Origin: an uncultured delta proteobacterium
GTDB lineage: Bacteria; Myxococcota; UBA727; VGSZ01
DNA: 64,000 nucleotides
Direction: 5' to 3'
Assembly (NCBI GenBank): GCA_963775425.1
Contig: CAVZJB010000006.1
Span: forward strand, 1 to 64,000
The stretch's first letter is position 1; each line of letters starts with the position of its first letter. Shown piece after piece: positions 1 to 13,504 of this stretch. The position numbers and the translations under genes were made by a program. The notes under the pieces are model-generated. The model had not been told where the DNA came from and made no database searches. It saw only the letters and a list, made by a program, of their open reading frames with translations.

Positions 1-246
1 GCACCGAAGGCTGGTTCGAAAAACGTCAAGCCGGGCGCGCTTTCTGAAATCCAGCGGGCGGTGGCGCGCTCGCGGCGTCTCTTGGGTTGATCACCGCATC
101 GCGGTCCGCGCTCGACGGGCCCGCGCCAGCGCCCGAGATCCTGGTCGTACCGGAAGTGCTCGCTCTCGGCGCCGGCATGGTCGCCGGCGTCGGCGGGATT
201 GAACCAAAGCGGATCAGCTTCAGGCGACGAGGAAGGAGCGCAGCGG

Positions 247-756
247 TCAGAAGCGCGTGTGGCTTCTCTCCGGCTCGGCGTCGGGCTCGCGGGTCGCGTC
301 GGCCACGGCAGGCGGGCCGGTGTCGAGGTCGACGTGGACCGTGTCGGGCATCTTGTGGCTGAACCACCAGCCGATGCCGGGGCCTGCTCCGAGGGCTCCC
401 CACGACAGCGCCCCGGTGACGAGGCCGCAGGGAAGGAAGATGAACGACACCACCGCAGTGACGCCGAGCCCGGCCAGGCACGCGCCGGCGCCGGCGCCGG
501 CGCCAACGCCGATGGGCGCCATGTCCACGCTGTCGCGCGGGACCATGACGGTCTTCTCCTTCCCGTGCAGCTTGGCGGTGACCTTCACGGCGTCGGACGT
601 GCCGGTTGTCTCCTGATACGTGACGGGTGCCGTGCCTACCTGTTGATCGTTGACGTAGATCTCAGCCCCCGGGGCGCTCTCGATGCGCACCATGTGGGCG
701 CAACCGAGGCCTGAGAACGCGAGCGCGAGGATGGGTGCGAGTGCGATGAGTTTCAT
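247..756 (-). CDS. PEGA-domain lipoprotein with C-terminal hydrophobic helices
   Basis: Lipobox-like SGLGC; PEGA-like VRIESAPGAEIYVNDQQVGTAP; GGAGG upstream on the minus strand. Confidence 0.7.
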   Translation of the reverse strand: MKLIALAPILALAFSGLGCAHMVRIESAPGAEIYVNDQQVGTAPVTYQETTGTSDAVKVTAKLHGKEKTVMVPRDSVDMAPIGVGAGAGAGACLAGLGVTAVVSFIFLPCGLVTGALSWGALGAGPGIGWWFSHKMPDTVHVDLDTGPPAVADATREPDAEPERSHTRF

Positions 757-973
757 GGCGAGCCTCCTTGTGGGTGGCGCCAGAACTTCATGCGTCGTGC
801 CCGTCGCGGTGCCACGGTGAGACGCCAGATCGCGCGGGGCGGGGCGGGATCTCGCGTTCCAGCCTGGAACGCGGTTTCACGGAGGACGCCGCGGGTCGGA
901 GCGGAACCGCGGAAGCTCGCGGCTTTCTGCTCGGCACATCAGTTGCGTTGTCGGCCCCCACCTGGAGGTCGAG

Positions 974-2935
974 ATGCAGTCCCGGTCAGTTTTCATCGCT
1001 GTGTTCGCGCTCACGCTCGCGTCGCCGTCGTTTGCGCAGATCACGTCTGGAAAGGTCCTCGTGAAGCTCGCGCACGCGCCCAAGACGGACGCCGAGGCCG
1101 CGAGCGCGTTGCGCTCGCTTGGTCACTCGCGCGCGCTCGGGCTTTGGCTCGGCAAGCGCACCCTGTTCGGCTGGGTGGTGGCGAACACGAACGCGGCCGA
1201 TGAGCGGGGCATGCACGCCGCCGTCGCCGCTCTGCAGGCGGACAAGGGAGTCCTCGCCGCGGAGGCGATGCCGCAGGCGCACTTGTTCCGCGCCCCGGAC
1301 GATCCGCTCTTCGACGAGCTCTGGAGCCTGCAGGCCATCGACGCCGAGACGGCCTGGGACACGACCATCGGGACGTCCTCCCAGCGAGTCGGTCTCGTGG
1401 ACAGCGGCATCAACCGGAACCACGCCGACCTCGTCGCCCACGACATCGGCGGCTTCGACTTCATCAGCGACCCGAGCGGCGCGTTCGACGGCAACGGCCG
1501 CGACGGCGACTACACCGACAGCGACTTCGGCGGCGACTTCCACGGAAGCCACGTCGCCGGGACGATGGTCGCGTCTGCGGACGACGGCATCGGCATCCCC
1601 GGCGTGAACTGGCAGGCCGGGCTCATGACGGCGCGCGCGTTGTCGGACCAGGCCGGTGACCTGGTGGACATCGCCGAAGGCGCGGCGTGGCTCGCCGGCT
1701 TCCACATCGACGGCGTCCCCGACATCGGCGCGAACCGCGTCAGCGTCATCAACATGAGCCTCGGGCACCAGGGGAGCTGCTTGAGCTTCGAGAGCGACGT
1801 CTACTCGCAGATCATCGCGTCGGGTGTCGTCGTCGTCGCCGCCGCCGGCAACGACGGGAACGACGTGCCTTCGACCGGGCCGGCCGACTGCCCCGGGGTG
1901 ATCGACGTGGCGGCGTTCGGCCCGAACGGCGACCTCGCCCCCTACTCCAACTTCGACAGCCGGATCGACATCGTGGCGCCCGGCGGCGACATCGACGCGG
2001 GCTTCGACGAGCTCGGGATGATCCTCTCGGTCGATGGCGCGACCGAGGGCGGCTACAAGTTCCTGCAGGGCACCTCGATGGCGTCGCCGCACGTCGCCGG
2101 CGTCGTGTCGCTGATGCAGGCGGTGAACCCGCAGCTCTCGCCCGCGCAGATCCGACAGATCTTCCTCGACTCGCCGTTCACCTGTGGCGGCTGCGACAAC
2201 CACTCCCTGCTCGACGCGGCCGATGCAGTGCAGCAAGCGTTGGCGACGCCGGGGGAGCTCACCGGCGCGCCCGGAGCGAACGGCGGCACCATCGACGGCC
2301 CGGGCTCATCCTCCGACGCATGCGCCCCGCACTCGCAGCTCAGCGCCGACGGAAACACCTGTCTGTGCGATCCCGGGTTCGTCGTGAGCTCGACCCAGGA
2401 CGGCTGCGTCCCGGCGAGCAACGGTGGCGGCGGCGGCGGCGGCGGCGGCGAGACCGGCGGCACGTGCCCGTCGCACTCGCACGAGTCGTCTGACGGCAGC
2501 ACCTGCTTTTGCGACGACGGCTTCGTCGTGAACGATGCCCGCGACGCTTGCCTGCCGGACGGGAGCAGCGGCGGCGACGTCGGCGGCGACGACGGCTCGG
2601 CCCAGAAATGCGACGAGCAGCGCGGGAACTGGGATTGCGGTGAGGGCTTCGGTTGCGTCGCCGGCCTGTGCGAGCAGGGCGCGAACGGCTCCGTCGCGCT
2701 CGGCGACACGTGCGACCGTGACAGCGACTGCGACTCCGGCCTGTGCGACCGCGGCGTGTGCACGCGTCCCTGCGACGCCGGCTGCAGCGACGGATTCAGC
2801 TGCGAGGAGGACGCGATTCCCGGCGGTTTGTGCCGCGTGGACGACTCCGCCTCGGGTTGCTCGCAGATGAGCATGTTCGGCGCGTCGCCGTTCGGCGCGC
2901 TCTTGCTGGTGCTGTTCCGCCGCCGTCGTCGATGA
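974..2935 (+). CDS. S8 subtilisin-like serine protease with Cys-rich EGF-like repeats and MYXO-CTERM-like tail
   Basis: Signal peptide; catalytic motifs VDSG, HGSHVAG, AAGN, GTSMASPHVAG; C-terminus GC...LLLVLFRRRRR. Confidence 0.92.
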   Translation: MQSRSVFIAVFALTLASPSFAQITSGKVLVKLAHAPKTDAEAASALRSLGHSRALGLWLGKRTLFGWVVANTNAADERGMHAAVAALQADKGVLAAEAMPQAHLFRAPDDPLFDELWSLQAIDAETAWDTTIGTSSQRVGLVDSGINRNHADLVAHDIGGFDFISDPSGAFDGNGRDGDYTDSDFGGDFHGSHVAGTMVASADDGIGIPGVNWQAGLMTARALSDQAGDLVDIAEGAAWLAGFHIDGVPDIGANRVSVINMSLGHQGSCLSFESDVYSQIIASGVVVVAAAGNDGNDVPSTGPADCPGVIDVAAFGPNGDLAPYSNFDSRIDIVAPGGDIDAGFDELGMILSVDGATEGGYKFLQGTSMASPHVAGVVSLMQAVNPQLSPAQIRQIFLDSPFTCGGCDNHSLLDAADAVQQALATPGELTGAPGANGGTIDGPGSSSDACAPHSQLSADGNTCLCDPGFVVSSTQDGCVPASNGGGGGGGGGETGGTCPSHSHESSDGSTCFCDDGFVVNDARDACLPDGSSGGDVGGDDGSAQKCDEQRGNWDCGEGFGCVAGLCEQGANGSVALGDTCDRDSDCDSGLCDRGVCTRPCDAGCSDGFSCEEDAIPGGLCRVDDSASGCSQMSMFGASPFGALLLVLFRRRRR

Positions 2936-2953
2936 GATAGACGGCGACGTTGA

Positions 2954-2985
2954 CGAGCGGCCCCTCACGGGGCCGTTCGCGTTTT
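2954..2985 (+). terminator. Rho-independent terminator after the S8 protease
   Basis: Hairpin CGAGCGGCCCC-TCAC-GGGGCCGTTCG followed by CGTTTT. Confidence 0.65.
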
Positions 2986-3131
2986 CTGGGTGCTCTTGTC
3001 GCTGCTTGTGGTGGTTGATCGGCGAAGCTTGGCCGGCGTGCCAGCTGTCGAGTCGCCCTTGCCGCCCGCGGTGGCGAGGGACTTGTCGTTGCGCTCCTCG
3101 CTGGCGCAAGACGCGCGACGGGGCAGGCGCC

Positions 3132-3677
3132 TCACCCGCGCAGGCGCAGGCCGTCGAAGAGGACGCCGAGGGCGCGGGCGCGGAGGGCGCGGTCGCTCCC
3201 GAGGTGCTCCGCGAGCTTCGACGCCGCCACCACCAGCGCCATCACCTCCGGTGTGCCCACGTCCTTGCGCACGGCGCCGGCGGCCTGGGCCTTCGCGAGC
3301 AACGCGCCGACGGCCTCGCGCAGGCCCGTCGGCGCGGCGCGCCGCTTCACGTCGACGCCGGCGGCGGCCAGGGCGTCGGCGACGGCCCGCTTCGCGCCCG
3401 CGCTCTCGACCATGCGCGACAGCACGCCGAAGAACGCGGCCCCGGCATCGGGCTCGTCGAGCGCCTCGCGCGCGTCGGCGGCGAGGGCGTCGATGATGCC
3501 GTGGAGCACGGCCTCGAGGAGCAGCTCCTTGGTCGGGAAGTGGCGAAAGACGGTGCCGACGCCGACGCCGGCGGCGGCGGCGACCTCCTCCGTGGAGGCG
3601 TCGACGCCGCGGGCGGCGAAGATCTTCGCGGCGGCGTCGAGGACGCGCGCGCGGTTCTTGACGGCGTCGGCGCGCAG
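3132..3677 (-). CDS. TetR/AcrR family transcriptional regulator (probable CTG start)
   Basis: The frame of ORF 3132-3509 extends upstream to (L/M)RADAVKNRARVLDAAAKIFAARGVDASTEEVAAAAGVGVGTVFRHFPTKE, a TetR HTH; in-frame TAA at about 3726. Confidence 0.85.
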   Translation of the reverse strand: MRADAVKNRARVLDAAAKIFAARGVDASTEEVAAAAGVGVGTVFRHFPTKELLLEAVLHGIIDALAADAREALDEPDAGAAFFGVLSRMVESAGAKRAVADALAAAGVDVKRRAAPTGLREAVGALLAKAQAAGAVRKDVGTPEVMALVVAASKLAEHLGSDRALRARALGVLFDGLRLRG

Positions 3678-3763
3678 CGGCCGCGAACGGTGCGCCCGCG
3701 CCTTCCCCGCCGCCGCCGCGCGCCCTTAGCTCGCCGTCGAGCCGGCGAGCGAGGGAGGGATTC

Positions 3764-4609
3764 GTGCGCACGCCCGCCGACGTCTTCGACGCCGCCCGTC
3801 GCTGTGTCCTCGCCTGGGACGCCGACGGCTACGCCGACCTCTTCGCCGCCGACGGCGTCCTCGAGGTGCCGTTCGCGCCCGACGAGTGGCGCCCGCGCGT
3901 GGTGCGCGGCCGCGACGAGGTGCGCGCGACGCTCCGCCGCAACATGCAGCGCGGGAAGGACGCCGGGCGGCGGATGCTCGCGTACCACGACGTCGTGCTC
4001 CACCCGTGCGCCGACCCCGACGTCCTCGTCGCCGAGTTCGAGGTCGAGGGGCGGACCGCGGAGGCCGAGAGCTATCGCCTGCCGTACGTGCACGTCTTGA
4101 CGGTGAAGGCCGGCGAGATCGCGTCTTTGCGCGACTACTTCAGCGGTCGCACGGCGTCGCTGGCGACGAAGACCGCGTCGGCGGGCCCGCCGCGGGAGGA
4201 CGTCGCGCTCTTCGAGGAGCTGCGCTCGGCGATCCTCGACTGGGACGTCGACGCCTACGCCGACCTCTTCGCCGCCGACGCCGTCATCGCCTGGCCCTTC
4301 GCACCTCCAGCGCTTGGCATGGAGCCCGTGCGCGGCCGCGAGAACATCCGCGCGCTCACCGCGACGAACATGGCGCGCGCCGACGCCGCCGGCCGCCGCG
4401 TCGTCGCGTACCACGACGTGAGGATGCACCCGTCGACGGAGCCGGGGGTGCTCGTCGTCGAGATGATCGCCGAGCGGCGGCTCGCCGGCGGCGAGAGCTC
4501 GCGCCTGCCCTATGTGTGGATCCTCGAGGTGAAGGACGGCCGCATCACCGCGCTGCGCGATTACTTCGAAGCGGGGTCCACCGTGTACGCCGCGCCGCGT
4601 GCGTCGTGA
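3764..4609 (+). CDS. Tandem SnoaL/NTF2-like domain protein
   Basis: Two similar halves, each with YADLFAADxV..PFAP..VRGR..LPYV..G.I..LRDYF; divergent from the TetR gene. Confidence 0.85.
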   Translation: MRTPADVFDAARRCVLAWDADGYADLFAADGVLEVPFAPDEWRPRVVRGRDEVRATLRRNMQRGKDAGRRMLAYHDVVLHPCADPDVLVAEFEVEGRTAEAESYRLPYVHVLTVKAGEIASLRDYFSGRTASLATKTASAGPPREDVALFEELRSAILDWDVDAYADLFAADAVIAWPFAPPALGMEPVRGRENIRALTATNMARADAAGRRVVAYHDVRMHPSTEPGVLVVEMIAERRLAGGESSRLPYVWILEVKDGRITALRDYFEAGSTVYAAPRAS

Positions 4610-4639
4610 GCCCGTGATCGTGCGCCGTCGAACGCGCGC

Positions 4640-5425
4640 TCACGGACGTCGTCGTCCGTGTCTTTGACGCGCGCGCGCGCGCCCGTCGTCGTGCTCGCCG
4701 ATCGAGGGGCGGCGCTCGCGCCAGCCGCGCCCGAAGAAGCGCACGAGCCCGGTCGCGCTCAAGTCGCCGCCCCCGCGGCGAAAGCCGAGCGCGCAGACCT
4801 CGAACGCCAGCTCGGCCGCCTCGACGGGCTGAAGCGCGCGGCCCCCGTCGCCGGCCGAGACGAGCACGTTCGCCAGGAAGGCCAGCTCGCGTTGGCGCGC
4901 AGCGCGGAGCTCGTCGGTGAGCGCGGCGAGCGCGGCCCGCAGCCCGCCGTCGCTGAGCGCCGTGGATGGCGCGGTCGCCGGGCGCTCGACGAGCCGGCCG
5001 AGGTGCTCGCGGGTGATCGGGTCGTTGCCGACCTCTTGCACCTCCGCGAGCTTGAGGAAGGCGCGTGCGTCCATGGCGGCGAGGCGCCCGGCGGCGGCGG
5101 CGGGGTCGTCGTCGCCGAGGACCTCCAGCCACTGTGCGAAGCGGCGCTCGTCGAATTCCTCGGCCTCGCCGGGCGCCGGGGCGCGCCACAGGTCCTGATC
5201 GAGGACCTGCGCGAGCGCGCTGTCGGCCGCCAGCTTGATCAGCTCGCCCGCGTCCTCGAGGCCCCGCTCGCCGATGAGCTCGCCGAGCTCGCTGCCCGTC
5301 GGGGTCCGGGCCGTCTGCACAGCTCCCTCCTCGCCTGCGAGGAGCTTTCGAATCTCGTCGTCCAACGCGCACCTCCCGCTTTCGTGTCGGCGCCCGGGCA
5401 TCTCCAAGCTCAGGGTGTGGTCCAT
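4640..5425 (-). CDS. Hypothetical protein (DUF6178-like myxobacterial family, tentative)
   Basis: High-GC3 ORF; motifs DxDLW, FAQWLEVL, ELAFLANVLV. Confidence 0.5.
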   Translation of the reverse strand: MDHTLSLEMPGRRHESGRCALDDEIRKLLAGEEGAVQTARTPTGSELGELIGERGLEDAGELIKLAADSALAQVLDQDLWRAPAPGEAEEFDERRFAQWLEVLGDDDPAAAAGRLAAMDARAFLKLAEVQEVGNDPITREHLGRLVERPATAPSTALSDGGLRAALAALTDELRAARQRELAFLANVLVSAGDGGRALQPVEAAELAFEVCALGFRRGGGDLSATGLVRFFGRGWRERRPSIGEHDDGRARARQRHGRRRP

Positions 5426-5822
5426 CGGGAGACGTCGTCAACGATGTTTTCGCGTGCGCGTGCGCGGCATCAAACCAAGCGCCGGATCAGCGTGCGAGGC
5501 GATCGGCGATTGCTATCTTGTTGAAAGGGCTCGTCCGCGCGCCGCAGCGCCCGTCATTTGAGCGGGCCGAGCCGGGCGCCGTTAGATCGGCGCCTTCTTG
5601 TCGGCGGCGCGGCGTGAGCGGCGCCCCACCTTGGTGAGCGCCACGATCCTTGGCGCCGTCGATGGCGGTGGAGGGTCCGCCGAATCTTCCGCCGCTCCTT
5701 GTTCTCGACCTTGTCGTCGCTGAGCGCGTCGTCGATCACCTTCACGGCCACGCGCGACAGCGCGCTTCCGCCTGCGCACGGTGTATTGGCGACGCTGTTC
5801 ACCGAGGCTAGACCGCAGGTGA

Positions 5823-8222
<2,400 letters not shown>

Positions 8223-8259
8223 AGTCTCCGCGCCGCCGGTCTCCGGCGGGGAGGTCCCC

Positions 8260-9387
8260 GTGGCGATCATCAAGTCCATCGACCTGTTCTTCCAGGAAGG
8301 CACCTCCGACAAGGTCTACAACGCGCGCGTCGTCGCCGAGCCGAACGGCACGTTCTCCGTGAAGGTCGAGTGGGGCCGGCGCGGCAGCAAGCTCAACGAG
8401 GGCAACAAGGCCGTGAACGTCTCGCGCGCCCACGCCGACACCGTGTTCGACCGCGTCGTGCGCGAAAAGACCAACAAGGGCTACCAGGAGGCGACGGCGG
8501 CGGTGCAGCCCGCGGCGGTGGCGCCGCCGGTGGGGCAGGGGTCGGCGGCGACGGCGCCGGCGGCGAAGAAGAAGGTGGGACGGGCCGCGCAGCTCCTGTT
8601 GTCGCTCGAAGACCACGAGCTCGACGGCATGCTCGACGACGACGACATGTTGGCGCAGCAGAAGATCGACGGGATCCGCGTGCTCGCCCACGTCGACGGC
8701 GGCAACGTCACGGTGACCAATCGAAACGGTCACGCCACCGACAAGGTCCCGACCCCGATCGTCGACGCGCTCGCCGGTTTGCCTGACGGCACCGTCGTCG
8801 ACGGGGAGGTCGTCGGAGACGCCTACTGGATGTTCGACGCGCTCACCATGGGCACCACGGACATCGCGCACGTCGGTTACGAGGAGCGCTGGCAGATCCT
8901 CGTCGACGAGCTGTTCCCCGAGGTGAAGGCCGGGGTGCACGTGCTCAAGATCGCCGTGGGGCGCAGCGACAAGCGCCGCTTGTTCGAGCAGCTCGTCGAC
9001 AACGCGTCCGAGGGCATCGTGTTCAAGACGCGGGCGGCGCCGTACACGGCGGGGCGGTCGGCGGCGCAGCGCAAGTACAAGCTGCAGAAGTCCGCCGACG
9101 TCGTCATCACGCAGAACGCGGGCAACGCGTACGCCATGGGCGTGCATCACCACGGCAAGCTCGTCGACGTCGGCAAGGTGTTCGCCGGCACCACCAACGC
9201 GTCCCGCGCCGAGATCGACGGGCTGCTCGCCGCCGGCAAGCGGCCGGTGGCCGAGGTCCGCTACCTGTACGCCACCGACGACCACCAGCTCTACCAGCCG
9301 GTGTTCGTGCGCCTCCGCGACGACAAGCCTGCGCGCCTGTGCATGCGTGGCCAGCTCAAGCGCACGAACAAAGCGGTGCTCCCGTAG
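8260..9387 (+). CDS. WGR-domain ATP-dependent DNA ligase
   Basis: N-terminal WGR domain (GTSDKVY...WGRRG...EKTNKGY); ligase motif I QKIDGIR, VVDGE, MFD, EGIVFK, KYK, C-terminal PVFVRLRDDK. Confidence 0.88.
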   Translation: MAIIKSIDLFFQEGTSDKVYNARVVAEPNGTFSVKVEWGRRGSKLNEGNKAVNVSRAHADTVFDRVVREKTNKGYQEATAAVQPAAVAPPVGQGSAATAPAAKKKVGRAAQLLLSLEDHELDGMLDDDDMLAQQKIDGIRVLAHVDGGNVTVTNRNGHATDKVPTPIVDALAGLPDGTVVDGEVVGDAYWMFDALTMGTTDIAHVGYEERWQILVDELFPEVKAGVHVLKIAVGRSDKRRLFEQLVDNASEGIVFKTRAAPYTAGRSAAQRKYKLQKSADVVITQNAGNAYAMGVHHHGKLVDVGKVFAGTTNASRAEIDGLLAAGKRPVAEVRYLYATDDHQLYQPVFVRLRDDKPARLCMRGQLKRTNKAVLP

Positions 9388-9397
9388 GGGACGCTGC

Positions 9398-10051
9398 TCA
9401 GCGCATCTGCGCCTTCAAGGCTTTCGGGATCGGGCGGCAGCCGCAGGCCGTCTGGTGATCGACGTGCCACGCGATCCGCTGCGCGGTCGTCGCCTTTCGC
9501 GGCATCGGGTGGCGTTCGTGCCACGCGCGGTTCACGCCGGCGACGTTCGAGCGGAGCTTCGCGTCGAGGGCGGCGACGAGCGCGCCGAGCTCTCCAGCGG
9601 CGCGCGCGGGGGGCGGCAGCTTGCGCAGCACCGCGCGAACGGCGGCCGGCGCGTGCTTCAGTTGCCAGCGCGCCTCACGCGCCATCGCCTCCGGATCGCC
9701 GCCGGCCGCGAGGCCCGCCGCGATCGCCGCATAGGCGACGCCGCGCGCGTGCGCTCCCATGTGCGCGGCGGCGGCGGCGTGACCGGCGGCGCGCGCGGCG
9801 GCGACGGCGGCGGGATCGTCGACGTCACGCGCGGCCGCGTGCGCGGCGGCGGCCAGCGCGCGAGCGGGGCCGATGCGCAGCGCGCCGCGGGCGAAGGCGC
9901 GGGCGCCGTCGAGCGCTGCGCGCGGGCGCCGATCCTTCGGGGCCTTGCTCTCGAACAGCACGAGCACGCGCTCCGCGCAGTCGGCGGCCCAGGAGGCCAG
10001 CAACTGTCGATCTTCTTCGGGCAGGGTCAAGGGGCCGGGGGCGCGTCCCAT
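9398..10051 (-). CDS. Imm-5-like putative immunity protein with a small C-terminal His/Cys-rich domain
   Basis: WAADCAERVL..FE...D.RPRAA...AARAAGHAAA.AHM..HA motif; tail WHERHPMP...RIAWHVDHQTACGCRPIP. Confidence 0.7.
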   Translation of the reverse strand: MGRAPGPLTLPEEDRQLLASWAADCAERVLVLFESKAPKDRRPRAALDGARAFARGALRIGPARALAAAAHAAARDVDDPAAVAAARAAGHAAAAAHMGAHARGVAYAAIAAGLAAGGDPEAMAREARWQLKHAPAAVRAVLRKLPPPARAAGELGALVAALDAKLRSNVAGVNRAWHERHPMPRKATTAQRIAWHVDHQTACGCRPIPKALKAQMR

Positions 10052-10101
10052 GCTGCGAGGGTCGCGTCGCCGCGGGGACCGCGCAACATTCGTGACGCTG
10101 C

Positions 10102-11505
10102 TCAGCTCGGCGGGCGTGCATCGTGGATCGTGGCGATGGCGGCGGAGGCGGAGATGACGGTGTGCCACAGCGCGAGCCGAACGGAGGTCGACGTCATCGC
10201 CAGCAACGCCGTCAAGAACACCGCGCTCGTGGCCATCGCCAGCGCCGTCGTCAACCGCGCGCGCGCCGAGACGCGCGGCGGTTTGCGCTGGGGCGCGCGG
10301 ACGGGCCGCCGCCGCAGCGGCAGCGTGGGCAGCGAAGGCTCGTCGGGCTCGGGGAGCACCGTCGCCGCGGGATCTGGGCGCGCGAGCCGCGGTCGAGCGA
10401 CCGGCGGTGCGACGGCCGCGACCTTGCGCTCGAGACGAAAGGTCGCCGTGGGAACGGTGTCGGGGTTCCACGCGCGCGGGGGCGCGGGCGCGGCGGCCGG
10501 CGCGTCCCACAGGAACGTCGCCGCCTCCTCGAACGGCGCGGCCGCGAAGACGCCGCTGCCCGTCGACGACGGGATGGACGGGAAGGCGGCGAGCGCCGCC
10601 GCAGAGGGCACCGCCGCGCGAAAGACCGTGGGCGCTTCCGCGAGATCGCTGTCGTGCAGCGACAGGCCGCGCTCGGCGGCGCAGAGGCGCTCGAGCGCGG
10701 CGCGCGCCGACGCGGGTCGTCCCTCGGGGCGGGGCGCGAGCAGATCGGCGACGAGGCCGTCGATGCCCGCCGGCACCGGCCGCGCGCTGACGTCGCCGAC
10801 GCGGCGCGCGGGGCGGAAGTAGCGGCGGACGTCGCCGTCGTAGTCGCCGCCGTCGGTGGGGCGCGCCGAAGGGACGGGCTTCTCCCCCGCCAGCATCTCG
10901 AACCAGAGCACGCCGACGGCGTAGAGGTCCGAGCGCGCCGTCTCGCGAGCGCCACGCAGCCGCTCGGGCGCGATGTAGCCGCGCGAGCCGACGACGAGGC
11001 CCGCCTGCGTGATGCGTGAGTCGGAGTCGACGGCGCGCGCGATGCCGAAGTCGAGCACCTTGGCGACGCCGCCGCCGGCGGCGAGCATCACGTTGGCGGG
11101 CTTCAGGTCGCGATGGAGCACGCCTGCGTCGTGGGCGGCGGCGAGCGCCGCGAGGACGTCGCGCGCGACGGTGAGAGACTCTCGCGCCGAGAGCGTGCCG
11201 CGCGCGAGCCGCGCCTCGAGCGTCTCCCCGCGCACGAGCTCCATGACGAAGACGGCTCGCTCGCCCTCGTCGATGAAGTCATGCAGCGCCACGATGTTGT
11301 CGTGGGCGAGGCGGCCGGCGAGCCGCGCCTCCCGTTGCGTCCGCTGGCGCAGCTCGTCGTCGCCGTGGAGCTCCACGACCTTGAGCGCGACCTCGCGCCC
11401 GCTGCTCGCGTCCAGCGCGGCGTAGACGGTGCCGGCGCCGCCCGCGCCGAGCACGCGCAGGACGCGATATCGGCCGGACACCAGAGCACCGAGGAGCTGA
11501 TCCAT
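10102..11505 (-). CDS. Eukaryote-like Ser/Thr protein kinase
   Basis: LGAGGAGTVY, VALK, HRDLKPANV, DFG, YIAPE, SDLYAVG; C-terminal hydrophobic segment. Confidence 0.92.
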   Translation of the reverse strand: MDQLLGALVSGRYRVLRVLGAGGAGTVYAALDASSGREVALKVVELHGDDELRQRTQREARLAGRLAHDNIVALHDFIDEGERAVFVMELVRGETLEARLARGTLSARESLTVARDVLAALAAAHDAGVLHRDLKPANVMLAAGGGVAKVLDFGIARAVDSDSRITQAGLVVGSRGYIAPERLRGARETARSDLYAVGVLWFEMLAGEKPVPSARPTDGGDYDGDVRRYFRPARRVGDVSARPVPAGIDGLVADLLAPRPEGRPASARAALERLCAAERGLSLHDSDLAEAPTVFRAAVPSAAALAAFPSIPSSTGSGVFAAAPFEEAATFLWDAPAAAPAPPRAWNPDTVPTATFRLERKVAAVAPPVARPRLARPDPAATVLPEPDEPSLPTLPLRRRPVRAPQRKPPRVSARARLTTALAMATSAVFLTALLAMTSTSVRLALWHTVISASAAIATIHDARPPS

Positions 11506-11786
11506 CGGCCGAGTGTCGCGCCCGCCGGCGGGTGGAGCCATCCGTTGTGGGCCTGAGAGGGGGAGCCCCCCACACGTGTCGGCCGGCCGGGCGCGTGCGA
11601 CGCCGTCGGTCGAGACGCACGAGCCCCTAAGGGCCCCCGAATGAACAACTCGATCGCCCTCGCGGCCAATCCATCGCCGCTGGCCTCGTTGCTCGTCGGT
11701 CACGTGGCGACGGCCACGCTCCCTCCTCGCGCCTCGCCGAGCGCGCCTCGACCGCGATCATCGAGCGACTTGTTCATTCGAGGGCC

Positions 11787-12776
<990 letters not shown>

Positions 12777-12798
<22 letters not shown>

Positions 12799-13394
12799 AG
12801 GAGCCCTCCTGCCGCGGCGACGGCCACGCCGACGCCGGCGCCAACGAGGCCGGCGCGTCCGGCTGTGAGGAGCGGCTCCCGCTGCGCGATGGGCTGAGGC
12901 GTGTCGAGCGCGAGCTCGGCCCAGGCGGCGACGCCGGCGCTGCCGACGGCCGCGGCCGCGCCCACGCCCATGAGCACGACGCTCGCGTCGATGCCCGAAG
13001 GCGCGGGGGGCGGCGGCGCCGGCGCGGGCACAGGCGCGGGAGGAGGCGCGGCGGGGGCCGCGGCCGCCTGCTCCGCGCGGAGCTCCTGGCGCACGAGCTC
13101 GAGGAAGCCGGACACCTTCGGCGACGTCGTCGGCGGCAGCGTGAAGTCGGGCTTTTCGAGCAGCACGTAGCGGAAGTTGAGGCGCGCTTCGGCCTCGTGT
13201 CCCCGGATACGATTGGCGACGCCGGCGAGGACGTTCGCCTGCAGTCGCTCGTCGGCGCTCGCCGTGGGATCGGAGACCACCTCGATGAGCTCGTCGGCGG
13301 CCTGATCGTACTCGAGCGCTTCCATCAACGCGTTCGCGTGCGCGAGATGCTCGCCCGGAGAACCGGAGAGGAGGACGAGCACGACGAGGAGCAC
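12777..13394 (-). CDS. Exported TPR-like protein with C-terminal TM helices
   Basis: Signal-like N-terminus, TPR-like helices, Pro-rich linker, two hydrophobic segments; overlaps the downstream lipoprotein start. Confidence 0.7.
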
Positions 13395-13504
13395 GCCCGC
13401 AAAGGTACCACGCGGGCGCTCGTGTGCGCGCGGTCACCGGCCTGGCGTAAGCCCTCGGTAAACGCGGGAACAGGAGCGTCCACTCCGCTGTCCTCTCCGC
13501 ACAC

